Below are positions 25,775 through 33,809 of a stretch of DNA of 33,809 bases, one piece after another. A program made the translations under genes and the position numbers. Under the pieces are notes generated by a model, which ran no database searches, was not told the origin of the DNA, and saw nothing but the letters and a program-made list of their open reading frames with translations. The DNA is from Ruminococcus sp. UBA946 (GTDB lineage: Bacteria; Bacillota; Clostridia; Oscillospirales; Ruminococcaceae). Where the stretch lies: contig DBCY01000080.1 of assembly GCA_002293295.1 (NCBI GenBank), forward strand, positions 1-33,809. The letters run 5' to 3'. Numbering within the stretch: the first letter of the stretch is position 1; each line of letters begins with the position of its first letter.

Positions 25775-28429
25775 TTATTTTTTCAATATATTTTTAGTAA
25801 GAACCTTCACAATCTCATTCGTCACAGAGGCAAATTCCCGGATTTTAGAAACTATTCTGCTCTTTTGCTCCTTATTCTGTAAAGCCTCCAGAGTAACGTT
25901 AAAGCCGCCGCCGAGGGCTTCCAGGTCTTCGCCGTTGTCATTGTTCCACATTTCACCCATCCTTTTGTAAAGACGGCTTACTTCCTCAAGATAACCCATA
26001 TCCGGGTTAAGCTTCATAGCCCTCTCAAGAAAACCGTGGCAGCAGCTTGCGTTTGTGGCTAGAACGCATATATAATTCGTATACATTACCCACGGGTCAA
26101 ATTCATCGGGTTTCATATTATCAAAATAACAGCTTTCTAAGGTGTTTATCCATGCACGGAAGGCTTCGGCGCCGGCATAATAAAAATCTGTATTTGCAGT
26201 CAATAATTTCGGTAAATTTATTATGGTTTCACGATAAATCTGCTTTAAATCTTTTTGTTCTTTTTTTTCGCCAACGAATATCCAGCCTCCGTGACAGCCG
26301 TTACCCTCCGTAATCATGGCGTTTTCAAGACTGATACGCTGTGGTTCGTTATTGTTGCCCTGTATAAACAAAAGGGTGTTACCGCTTTCCTCATACCCGA
26401 CAAATACACCGAACACACGAGGTTCGCCCTGACACCATACAATAACGGGAATGCCTTTATCTAAATACCCTATCAGGGTTTGCAGATACATCTCTTTGTT
26501 TTTGTTCAAGTCTTTTCCTAAGATATAACTGACAGCGTATCCGCATTTTTCAAAAATCGATTCCACATAGGATGTTCCGTTGTTTTCCAAAAAGTAAGAA
26601 CTCGTCGCATCATTATTAGCGTAATTTTTATTAACCGGATAATGCTGTGTAAAATTATCGCCTGTCAGTCCGGCAAAGAATTCATAATCATAATCCTTTT
26701 CACCAAGGCATTCCATAACATAACGGGCGCAGCCGTTAAACCAGTAGTTTTCGCCGTGCTCGTCGGTAACAAGCCGGTGGATAACGGGAATAATGTTGTT
26801 GCTTTGCTTTGTAACCATAACAAGTTCCTCTTTCTTTATTTTATTTTTGGGTGTGAAGGCAAGCTGGGACACCTTTATTTCACGGAAATACTTCATTCCC
26901 TGCCCGTTTGAACCGATAATGAGCGGCAAAGCTTTTTCGCGGTTTAAATCCAGGTTCATATAGGGGAAATTAGTTCCGCAGTAACGAAGCTCATCATTAA
27001 TAAATACCGCCAGGTGCTTTTCACCGATAATCCATGTCAGGCGGTTATATTCGTCTTTATTGATTCTTCCCCGTCCGTTAAAATTATAGCGGTTCTTAAA
27101 AACAGGCTGATGAAAACGCAGGGCTTCCTCCGGTATATCCCTTCGGTTTCCCATGTTTATTCCGTAATAATAGCTTAATTCATCGCCGTGATACAGTATT
27201 ATGCTTCCTTCCGAATCCCCGTAGGAAAATCGCTCCCCTGTACTCATCGCCCGGAAAGTAACGTCAACCCGGAACGGAAGCTTAACCTCAACATTCGTTG
27301 AAAGAACCCGCGTGGAAATCCAGCCCGTATATTCCGCTTCTCCGTCTTCCGTGAACCTGTAATGCGGATAGTTAATGGGAGTGAGCTTGTCCAGAGGGAC
27401 GATTGTTTCCCATAAAACAGGATTAGCCGATTCAATCTCCGAAAGCGTTATATTCGTCAGTTCTTCGGGAGGGTCAAAAAGTTCAGGGTTCGCCGTCCGT
27501 TTTTTTACAGGAACGAGCATCATAACAAGCTCTCTCTTTTCATCCGGGGAAATCAGATTTTCCAGCAGGGTCGGATGGCGTGACGAACCGTCCGGGCAAT
27601 AAGCAAACTGATAATACGGATTAATATCCAGTTCATTTACAAGATTACGGAAGCACTGTCCCAAATCCTCATCCAAAAAAACATTTACCGCCGCAAAAAG
27701 TCCTCCCGAAAAGGAGTAGTCCAAAAAATCGCTGTCGTTATGAAAATCCTCGGGCACCCGTACCATCAGAACATCGCCGGCTTCGGTCTGAAACTCAAAC
27801 CGGCGGTGACTGCCGGATGTCGCATATGACAGTCCGTTTATTTGAATATACCGCGAAAATCCCCAAAAATCGCTTATCTGTGTATCGGGTTTCAGAAATG
27901 ATGTCAGTACGCGCATGGGCGGCAAATCCACAATGCTATAATCAAGCGGTTTTGCCAGTTTCACGCTGACATCCTCAATTTCTGACAGGTTAACGGGTCT
28001 GCTATCCTCCATAAGCTCAAGCTGCCTGTCCATTTCCTCATAAAGCAATGGTATGGCTGAAATTTTTGTGATACCATTGTCAAGCATAGTCTGCAAAAAC
28101 TTGCTTACAATGCTTTTAAGCTCGGAAAGCGCGCCGATTTCATTTTCAATATCGCGGATACGGCTGACGAATGTTTCTACCACAACGCTCATGCTCTCGC
28201 TTTCGTAAATCCGAAGAATGTCCTTGACGGGAATCTGCATTTTTCTGAGAATGATAATCTGCTTCAGGCGTTCGGTATTTTCTGAAGTATAATAGCGGTA
28301 TTTCTCAAATTCAGGCCGAATGCTCTTAATCAGACCAACCTGCTCATAATAACGCAGGCTGCGGGACGACAGCCCAAGCTCCGACGTAAGGTCGGTAATT
28401 TTAACAAGCTCGCCGTTATTTTTTTCCAT
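25775..28429 (-). CDS. Large MerR-family transcriptional regulator: MerR HTH + coiled coil + GyrI-like effector domain + beta-sandwich-like region + about 330-aa C-terminal domain of unknown function
   Basis: 884 aa with GGGGAGG RBS. MerR HTH: VKITDLTSELGLSSRSLRYYEQVGLIKS. GyrI-like segment runs from YSIVDLPPMRVLTSF to LVMMLVPVKK. The middle region has LTWIIGEKHLAVFINDELRY. The C-terminal region has a Cys...His pair (NGCARYVMECLG ... GCHGGWIFVG). Confidence 0.8.
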   Translation of the reverse strand: MEKNNGELVKITDLTSELGLSSRSLRYYEQVGLIKSIRPEFEKYRYYTSENTERLKQIIILRKMQIPVKDILRIYESESMSVVVETFVSRIRDIENEIGALSELKSIVSKFLQTMLDNGITKISAIPLLYEEMDRQLELMEDSRPVNLSEIEDVSVKLAKPLDYSIVDLPPMRVLTSFLKPDTQISDFWGFSRYIQINGLSYATSGSHRRFEFQTEAGDVLMVRVPEDFHNDSDFLDYSFSGGLFAAVNVFLDEDLGQCFRNLVNELDINPYYQFAYCPDGSSRHPTLLENLISPDEKRELVMMLVPVKKRTANPELFDPPEELTNITLSEIESANPVLWETIVPLDKLTPINYPHYRFTEDGEAEYTGWISTRVLSTNVEVKLPFRVDVTFRAMSTGERFSYGDSEGSIILYHGDELSYYYGINMGNRRDIPEEALRFHQPVFKNRYNFNGRGRINKDEYNRLTWIIGEKHLAVFINDELRYCGTNFPYMNLDLNREKALPLIIGSNGQGMKYFREIKVSQLAFTPKNKIKKEELVMVTKQSNNIIPVIHRLVTDEHGENYWFNGCARYVMECLGEKDYDYEFFAGLTGDNFTQHYPVNKNYANNDATSSYFLENNGTSYVESIFEKCGYAVSYILGKDLNKNKEMYLQTLIGYLDKGIPVIVWCQGEPRVFGVFVGYEESGNTLLFIQGNNNEPQRISLENAMITEGNGCHGGWIFVGEKKEQKDLKQIYRETIINLPKLLTANTDFYYAGAEAFRAWINTLESCYFDNMKPDEFDPWVMYTNYICVLATNASCCHGFLERAMKLNPDMGYLEEVSRLYKRMGEMWNNDNGEDLEALGGGFNVTLEALQNKEQKSRIVSKIREFASVTNEIVKVLTKNILKK

Positions 28430-28463
28430 AACAGTATAACCTCCCCTTTTTTACTATATTTTT

Positions 28464-28494
28464 ATTATATCACTTGACCGTACGTCAAAGTCAA
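28464..28494 (-). promoter_or_regulatory. MerR-type promoter with a 19-bp spacer containing a dyad operator
   Basis: On the minus strand: TTGACT (28494-28489), 19-nt spacer, TATAAT (28469-28464). The dyad TTGAC-N5-GTCAA (28474-28488) sits inside the spacer, about 35 nt upstream of the regulator ATG. Confidence 0.7.
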
Positions 28495-29073
28495 GGGGTA
28501 TTTTAAATTTTTATATACCAAAATATAGCAGAGAGGTTAAAAAAGACAAGCCCCGTATAAAGCGGTGAAGTGGTGAGTGAAAGAACAAACCATACCCGAA
28601 TAAAAGCGACTTGTCATATTTAATAAGCTTAAGTAAAATCCGTATTTTTTGAGCATTTCAAATGAAAACACCACAGAATTTTATATTCGCTTTTAAACAA
28701 CAGTTTTGGGACAGACAAAACTGCATTTCACTTTCCGAGCATAATTCACCGACCGTAGCAATAGCACAAAGGAAATCTAATGTGTAAGTCATGTTATGAA
28801 TATTGCATTATGTTAAATTTTCTCGGAATTATACTATAAAATATAGACAGGTTATATCACATAAACAAACGGGCGGCATATAATGAATACCGAGGTAACT
28901 ATATATATACCTGCCGAATACCTCATTAATAAACATGAAAAATCTTTTCATGCAGAGCAGAAGCTGACTTTATAGCCGTAACGGCATTTCAAATAACCAA
29001 TAAGTGTTTAAAAAACAGTCAATTCTGCCTATAGACTTAGCTGCTGTAAAAGGCGGTGGAATGGAGTTAAAAA

Positions 29074-29277
29074 ATGTGTATTAACAGCTGCGGTAATAAC
29101 CGCATATCAAATGCAAACACCCGACATTGTTTAAACCAGAATTCTATTAACCATTGCGAGAGACGGTTAATCTGTAATGTTGCCTCAGTTGTCCCGGTAT
29201 CACGCTCAGTACCGTTCTTCTCAAATTGTGTGAAACATTCACACACGGCGATATTTAATCGTTGCGGGAATTGCTGA
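29074..29277 (+). CDS. Candidate small Cys/His-rich protein (67 aa); its coding status is uncertain
   Basis: GGAG lies 7 nt before the ATG. The product has 8 Cys and 4 His (C-x3-C at the N-terminus, two HC pairs, C-x2-C at the C-terminus). It is the only ORF of 60 aa or more in the 28.5-29.4 kb gap. The region also holds several perfect short hairpins. Confidence 0.3.
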   Translation: MCINSCGNNRISNANTRHCLNQNSINHCERRLICNVASVVPVSRSVPFFSNCVKHSHTAIFNRCGNC

Positions 29278-29372
29278 CCGGGCAGTAATTAAGAATTTCG
29301 GTTTATACTAAGCTTTTGCATCATCCTTTAAAAAATTTGCAAAGCGCAGGGCGTCGCTGAAATAATAACGCA

Positions 29373-29394
29373 TAGGGTGTGTTTCCACACCCTA
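29373..29394. terminator. Hairpin terminator between the small ORF and the convergent GNAT gene (possibly bidirectional)
   Basis: Perfect 9-bp stem TAGGGTGTG / CACACCCTA with a 4-nt loop. It lies 12 nt past the GNAT stop, with T-rich sequence on both sides. Confidence 0.7.
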
Positions 29395-29405
29395 CATAAA
29401 TTTTA

Positions 29406-30014
29406 TTAATATCTTTTTACTTCCTTCACATACCGGCAAGCTGTTCCTATTTTCTTAAAACCTGCGGAACGGTAAAGGGGCTGGGATTTTTCGTTGAGAA
29501 TGGACGTGCTGACATAGGCGTACTGCAAACCGCGCTTTTTTAATTCATTTAAACCGTAAAATAAAGCGCGTTTCATGATTCCGCGACGCCGGAATTCCGG
29601 CAGACAGGCGACCGGCTCTAAAACAACGGTTTTGCTGTTCTCATCAATCCACCAGGTAATAAATCCTGTAAAATCGCCGGTTTTTACATCCCTGATAACA
29701 TAATCCAAAGCATATTCATAATAATCGCTTTCGATAAGCGATTTATACATACTGGACGATATTGATTTTCCCGTGGGGATTTCAGCATATTTAACACGGT
29801 CGTCAATATCATCTTCGGATAAAATTTTTATAACCTCATCCTGCCAAATTGTTTTCGTTTTCGCGTATTCCCTTAAATCAAGCCCCGACTGCCACCGTTC
29901 CTCGTCTTTCCGGACAAACCCGCACTCAATGAGAGCGTTGCAAAGAGGGGAGCTGACATTATTTGCTATTACGGAAAAGTTATTATTACCGAAAGTCAGT
30001 ATTACTGGCAACAA
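29406..30014 (-). CDS. GNAT-family N-acetyltransferase
   Basis: Acetyl-CoA motif A: VACLPEFRRRGIMKRALFYGLNELKKRG. The only in-frame start near the 5-prime end is TTG at 30014, since a stop lies two codons upstream, so the start is uncertain. Confidence 0.75.
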   Translation of the reverse strand: MLPVILTFGNNNFSVIANNVSSPLCNALIECGFVRKDEERWQSGLDLREYAKTKTIWQDEVIKILSEDDIDDRVKYAEIPTGKSISSSMYKSLIESDYYEYALDYVIRDVKTGDFTGFITWWIDENSKTVVLEPVACLPEFRRRGIMKRALFYGLNELKKRGLQYAYVSTSILNEKSQPLYRSAGFKKIGTACRYVKEVKRY

Positions 30015-30071
30015 CGCTTTCTATGGCGCATATTTTTTTAAAATCCTCTTCATTTATGACAGGTCTTATAG

Positions 30072-31334
30072 TCATAGAACATTCTCCTCCAGCCATTTTG
30101 CCACTCCGTCCTCATTATTAGTGCCGATTACAGCCGCAGCTTTTTCCTTCAGCTCCGTTTTTGCGTTTAAAACCGCATAGCATTCGTCGCAGGCTTCAAA
30201 CAGCGGGATGTCGTTTAATCCGTCGCCGAACCCGACAATCCTTTCAAAGCCGTAATTTTCTCTCAGAAACTGAACGGCTGTATACTTTGATGCCGATTCG
30301 CTGAATATTTCCAAATTCCATACATTATCATTATCATAATAAATATCACGGTACATTTCAATTCTGAGACCGTCAATGTCCTTGATTTCATCATAAAGCC
30401 TGTGTACGTTGTCGTCAGTATCCAGAAAGCAAAAATATATGATTTCCGTTCCTGTATCCTCGAAATTATCGGTTTGTACAAACTGCTTGTTATATTTTCG
30501 CTGCCGTTCCTCAACAAAATCCCTTAAAGCCCTGTTATCAAGGTTTTCGTAATAAGTAATAAGCCTGCCGTCCGGTATAGAATACATCAATCCCGTTATT
30601 TCCGTTTTTCTCATAGCTGATATAATCTGACGTATTTTATCTTTTTCAATCAGTTCCTTCTTTAAATAACGTTTTTTTCTTATGTCGTAGATTAATACTC
30701 CGTTCATAAGTATTATAGGAATATTTACAACAGTATTTCCCAAAATAGAAAGCACTGTTTCGGCTGTCCGGGCAGTCGCAAGAGAAAAATCAACACCCTT
30801 AGCATTTAGTTTGCTTAAGGTATTTATGGTATATTCCGAAAGTTCGGCGTTTTTATTAAGTAATGTTCCGTCGAGGTCTGAAATATAAAGTGTTTTCGGA
30901 GCGGGCAGCACGCATTTGTAACGCCGGGTGTTATATTTACTGAAAGCGGCGGTTTTAAAACCGCACTTTCGGTAAAACCCCACGGCGTCGTCGTCTGTTT
31001 CGGCTTCCAATGCCATTCCGTACCGTTTACGGAGTTCTGAGAGCATTTTACCGCCTATACCGCGCCCCCGGCGGCTTTCGGCAACCGCTATATGTAAAAC
31101 CTCAACATAACCGGGATGCGCTTCAAAACCGCATACACCCGTAATTTCACCGTTTTCAGCCCAGCAGTAAAGGTTCTGAGAATTATTAGCGCGGTATCTT
31201 TCTATGACTTTGTCAATACCTTCCGGCGACCCGTCAAACAAACAGCCGGCAAGGATACCTCTCATGACAGGGTTTCCGAGATTTTCAGGATTTTCTTTTA
31301 TATCGCGGAATTCGGGTATTAATTCAATATTCAT
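30072..31334 (-). CDS. Fusion protein: GNAT N-acetyltransferase (N-terminal) + Cof-type HAD-IIB phosphatase (C-terminal)
   Basis: GNAT motif HIAVAESRRGRGIGGKMLSEL. HAD motif I is ISDLDGTLL and motif IV is GFGDGLNDIPLF. ATG at 31334 follows GGTGGAGGGG; the ORF-track start at 31355 reads through the RBS. Confidence 0.85.
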   Translation of the reverse strand: MNIELIPEFRDIKENPENLGNPVMRGILAGCLFDGSPEGIDKVIERYRANNSQNLYCWAENGEITGVCGFEAHPGYVEVLHIAVAESRRGRGIGGKMLSELRKRYGMALEAETDDDAVGFYRKCGFKTAAFSKYNTRRYKCVLPAPKTLYISDLDGTLLNKNAELSEYTINTLSKLNAKGVDFSLATARTAETVLSILGNTVVNIPIILMNGVLIYDIRKKRYLKKELIEKDKIRQIISAMRKTEITGLMYSIPDGRLITYYENLDNRALRDFVEERQRKYNKQFVQTDNFEDTGTEIIYFCFLDTDDNVHRLYDEIKDIDGLRIEMYRDIYYDNDNVWNLEIFSESASKYTAVQFLRENYGFERIVGFGDGLNDIPLFEACDECYAVLNAKTELKEKAAAVIGTNNEDGVAKWLEENVL

Positions 31335-31361
31335 TTGTTCCCCTCCACCTTTCATATACAG

Positions 31362-31601
31362 CTATAATACAATCGCGTTTATGGTATCCTCCCATAAAGC
31401 GTTTGCGTTCATATAAGGAGCATGGGCGTTTTCAACATCAAGTCCGGCACTGCGGGCATAATCAGGGAAATTTTTATAGTCCGTATTGAAATAATCCGCC
31501 CATAACAGCAGAACGCCGTCAAAACCAGCCTCTTTGATAAAGCGCATCCTTTCATGCGGTGTTAAATTATATCCGAACCAGTCAACAATCGCTGAATTCA
31601 T
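31362..31601 (-). pseudogene. Truncated N-terminal fragment of a sugar-phosphate isomerase/epimerase (xylose-isomerase-like TIM barrel) gene
   Basis: 79 aa: FIKEAGFDGVLLLW...ARSAGLDVENAHAPY is typical of the first beta/alpha units of this roughly 260-280-aa family. The frame stops and the next gene starts 27 nt later. Confidence 0.45.
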
Positions 31602-31612
31602 ATTTTCTTACC

Positions 31613-32209
31613 TCATTGATTTTGGTTATCCGTAATTGCGTTAAAAATCTCCTCAGCGATTTGAAGCGGGGGTTTTGTTCCGTCAGCAATAAAATCGGAT
31701 ACCGGTCTGTGCGTTTCGGACATCCGAGCGTATGAAGGCCGGGAATGTTCCAGATAAAATCGAAGCTCTTTATCAATCGAAGCAAGGTTTACTTCCTCCA
31801 CATCGGCAAGCCCGAAATCACTTTTTCTCGGACGGCTTGTATAATCACGGATAATCCGCCGTGCCAAAGCAACATCCAGGGGAGTGTCGATAAAAACGGT
31901 AAAGTCAATATATTTCCCCACACATTCGTTTAATTTCCCGAACGGGTAATCAAGAACAATATAATCATACTGCACGGTTAATAACCGTTCAATATCGACT
32001 GCTATCGGTTCTGTATGCCATTCGTTATAATCATATGAATTTTTCGCCCACTCGTTTATATCGCAGCAACTGTACTGGTAAACACTGTCGCCGTAATCGT
32101 CAAAATAAATCACCGCAGCATTGCCAAGGCGGTTTTTCAAAGCAGACACAGCTGTGGTCTTTCCGCCGCCGGATATGCTTGCAATACTGATTACAAAAGG
32201 TTTTTTCAT
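31613..32209 (-). CDS. P-loop nucleoside/nucleotide kinase-like protein (uridine kinase/PRK family-like)
   Basis: Walker A ISIASISGGGKTT. ATG at 32209 follows GGGAG by 6 nt. Later FIDTPLDVALARRIIRD resembles the uridine-kinase lid region. Confidence 0.7.
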   Translation of the reverse strand: MKKPFVISIASISGGGKTTAVSALKNRLGNAAVIYFDDYGDSVYQYSCCDINEWAKNSYDYNEWHTEPIAVDIERLLTVQYDYIVLDYPFGKLNECVGKYIDFTVFIDTPLDVALARRIIRDYTSRPRKSDFGLADVEEVNLASIDKELRFYLEHSRPSYARMSETHRPVSDFIADGTKPPLQIAEEIFNAITDNQNQ

Positions 32210-32265
32210 GGTTTTCTCCCGTATAAAGTTTACTAATTTATATAACATTATAATTAATTATAAAT

Positions 32266-32763
32266 CTAAGCCTCCCATTCCATTAAACCGACCGTAAACG
32301 GCAGTCCGGCGAAATTTTTTTTACCTATATGAACAAAACCGTTTGCCGCATACCAGTTTTTAACAGTCGTATTATCCTCTATAATTCCGATTATAATTTT
32401 AACGCCGTTAAGTTCCCTGACTTTTTCCTTACAGAATTCAAGCATCATTTTCCCATAGCCGTAATGCCGCCATTCCGGAAGTACCGAAACCTCGTTCATT
32501 TCATAAACGCCGTTGTTTATGTGAACCAGGGAAACAAATCCGATTATTTCAGAACCGAGATAAAGCCCGAAAGGGTAGTAGCCGTCCTTGATTTTGTCTT
32601 TAAGCTTTTCATCGGTGATAAAGCTGGTGTGACCGGGGCAGTTTTCGCGTGTAAAGCCGAAGTCCTTTGCAACGGTGGCGAAGCTCCGGCGTATGACGTT
32701 TGCATATTCGGGAAGCTGTTCTGCCGTCATAGGGTGAATTTCGGCAAGGTCGTGTATTTTCAT
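32266..32763 (-). CDS. GNAT-family N-acetyltransferase
   Basis: 165 aa with GGAGG RBS. Motif A: VSVLPEWRHYGYGKMMLEFCKEKVRELNG. Confidence 0.85.
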   Translation of the reverse strand: MKIHDLAEIHPMTAEQLPEYANVIRRSFATVAKDFGFTRENCPGHTSFITDEKLKDKIKDGYYPFGLYLGSEIIGFVSLVHINNGVYEMNEVSVLPEWRHYGYGKMMLEFCKEKVRELNGVKIIIGIIEDNTTVKNWYAANGFVHIGKKNFAGLPFTVGLMEWEA

Positions 32764-32900
32764 TTTTGTCCTCCATTAAAGCATTTTTATCACTTCATGA
32801 ATGAAGTCGCTCAGTCAGATAGGAGCGGATTCATTCAAATTCAACTTTCCAGTTCGGGTAATACGGTAATACTATGAGCGTATCAGCCAGCTTTTTCATA

Positions 32901-33689
32901 TCACAGCTTCCTTAATCTGAAAATTACGCACGGCGGTATTTCAAACCATTCAAAACCTGCGTCGCCGTCGGACTTTTTGAAGATGGGTTCTTCAATACCG
33001 TCTAGTATAAACCCTGTTTTGAAGCACATATTTAAAATTACGTTAAGCGGGCGGTGGTAATGAAGAACCTGTTTTCCGTTCCGGGCAAGAGCGGTTACAA
33101 TATGAGTTTTTGGAGTAATGTATTCATATGTCTTTATGCCCGAGCGAACAAAGCTTTCGCCGGTATAGTCATTGATTTCAGTGAATTTCAGCATATCCGG
33201 CGTTTGAAAACACGGGTGTATGCTTGAAAAAACAAATATCCCGCCTGTTTTAAGCAAAGCATATACCGCCATTAATAATGGCTCTATATCGGAAATATCC
33301 ATTATAGCCATGTTTGATACAGCTTTATCGAAAAGTTTTTCAGATTTCAGTTTCATTAATTCATCATATTTTGTCGCGTCGGCAACATGAAAATCAATAC
33401 TGCCAAGCCAGTCCCTACAGCGTTCTTTTGCGTATGCTATCATTTTCGGGCTGTAATCAAACGCCGTTACCTTTACGCCCATTTTTGCCATGAAACGGGA
33501 GAAATTACCGTTTCCGCAGGCGGCGTCAAGAATAAAATCCCCTTTGGTAGGGTCAAGCAGCTTAAGGGTGACGGGACGTATTATTTCCCTGTGATAACGG
33601 TTGTCATGCTCCCCCATTTTTATATCCCAGTCTTCCGCAATCTCATCCCAAAGGGCTTTGCTTTTTTCATTTGAATTAATATCAGCCAT
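32901..33689 (-). CDS. Class I SAM-dependent methyltransferase
   Basis: Motif I: ILDAACGNGNFSRFMAKMGVKVTAFDYS. ATG at 33689 is preferred (AAGGAA 9 nt upstream); the frame is open from ATG 33698. Confidence 0.85.
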   Translation of the reverse strand: MADINSNEKSKALWDEIAEDWDIKMGEHDNRYHREIIRPVTLKLLDPTKGDFILDAACGNGNFSRFMAKMGVKVTAFDYSPKMIAYAKERCRDWLGSIDFHVADATKYDELMKLKSEKLFDKAVSNMAIMDISDIEPLLMAVYALLKTGGIFVFSSIHPCFQTPDMLKFTEINDYTGESFVRSGIKTYEYITPKTHIVTALARNGKQVLHYHRPLNVILNMCFKTGFILDGIEEPIFKKSDGDAGFEWFEIPPCVIFRLRKL

Positions 33690-33809
33690 TTTCTTCATTT
33701 CCTTACTTTTATAGTCTTTATATAGATATATTTTAGTAGGACATTATTATAGCATATTTTTCCCTTCCGGTCAAACGGCTTAGTAACTGTTGATAAAATA
33801 GCTGTTATT

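Noticed and set aside
25695-25970. 91-aa plus-strand ORF
   Set aside because: It overlaps the 3-prime end of the strongly supported MerR-family gene on the opposite strand, with no RBS and low-complexity content.
32792-32807. Palindrome ACTTCA-tgaa-TGAAGT upstream of the 32266-32763 GNAT gene as a terminator of the methyltransferase gene
   Set aside because: No U tract follows on either strand and the stem is short. It could be an operator, but nothing supports that.

Overview
This window looks like low-GC Firmicutes (Clostridia-like) chromosome with about 30 genes in three blocks; no tRNA, rRNA or CRISPR array was seen. (1) Positions 1-6.2 kb, plus strand: an FtsX-type ABC permease/ATPase pair, a small GyrI-like ligand-binding protein, and a 744-aa collagen-repeat/DUF11 protein with no secretion or anchoring signal. 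A decayed NfnA/PyrK-like gene stub follows, marking a rearrangement breakpoint. (2) Positions 6.6-20.7 kb, all minus strand: a core nitrogen/purine block of glnA, an ANTAR regulator, carB, a stand-alone GuaA ATP-PPase subunit, gdhA, a half-size DapF-like gene, gatCAB, and purC-purB. Unusual points here are that carB has no carA and is translationally coupled to a GMP synthase lacking its glutaminase domain, that the ANTAR regulator has Asn at the phospho-acceptor position, and that the gdhA and purC leaders each carry a promoter-proximal terminator. (3) Positions 20.8-33.8 kb: an accessory, partly decaying region. It holds two paralogous Cys-motif hypothetical proteins, a glycerophosphodiester phosphodiesterase, an Fpg/Nei-family protein without the catalytic N-terminal Pro, and a truncated IS5-family transposase flanked by 56-bp direct repeats. 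It also holds an 884-aa MerR-GyrI-like multidomain regulator with a textbook 19-bp-spacer MerR promoter, a Cys/His-rich small ORF, three GNAT genes (one fused to a HAD phosphatase), a P-loop kinase, a SAM methyltransferase and gene fragments. The best candidates for something undescribed are the glutaminase-less carB-guaA' pair under a glnA-ANTAR pseudo-receiver module, the self-regulated giant MerR protein, and the collagen/DUF11 protein (probable spore-surface component). All domain calls come from reading motifs by eye; no database search was possible.
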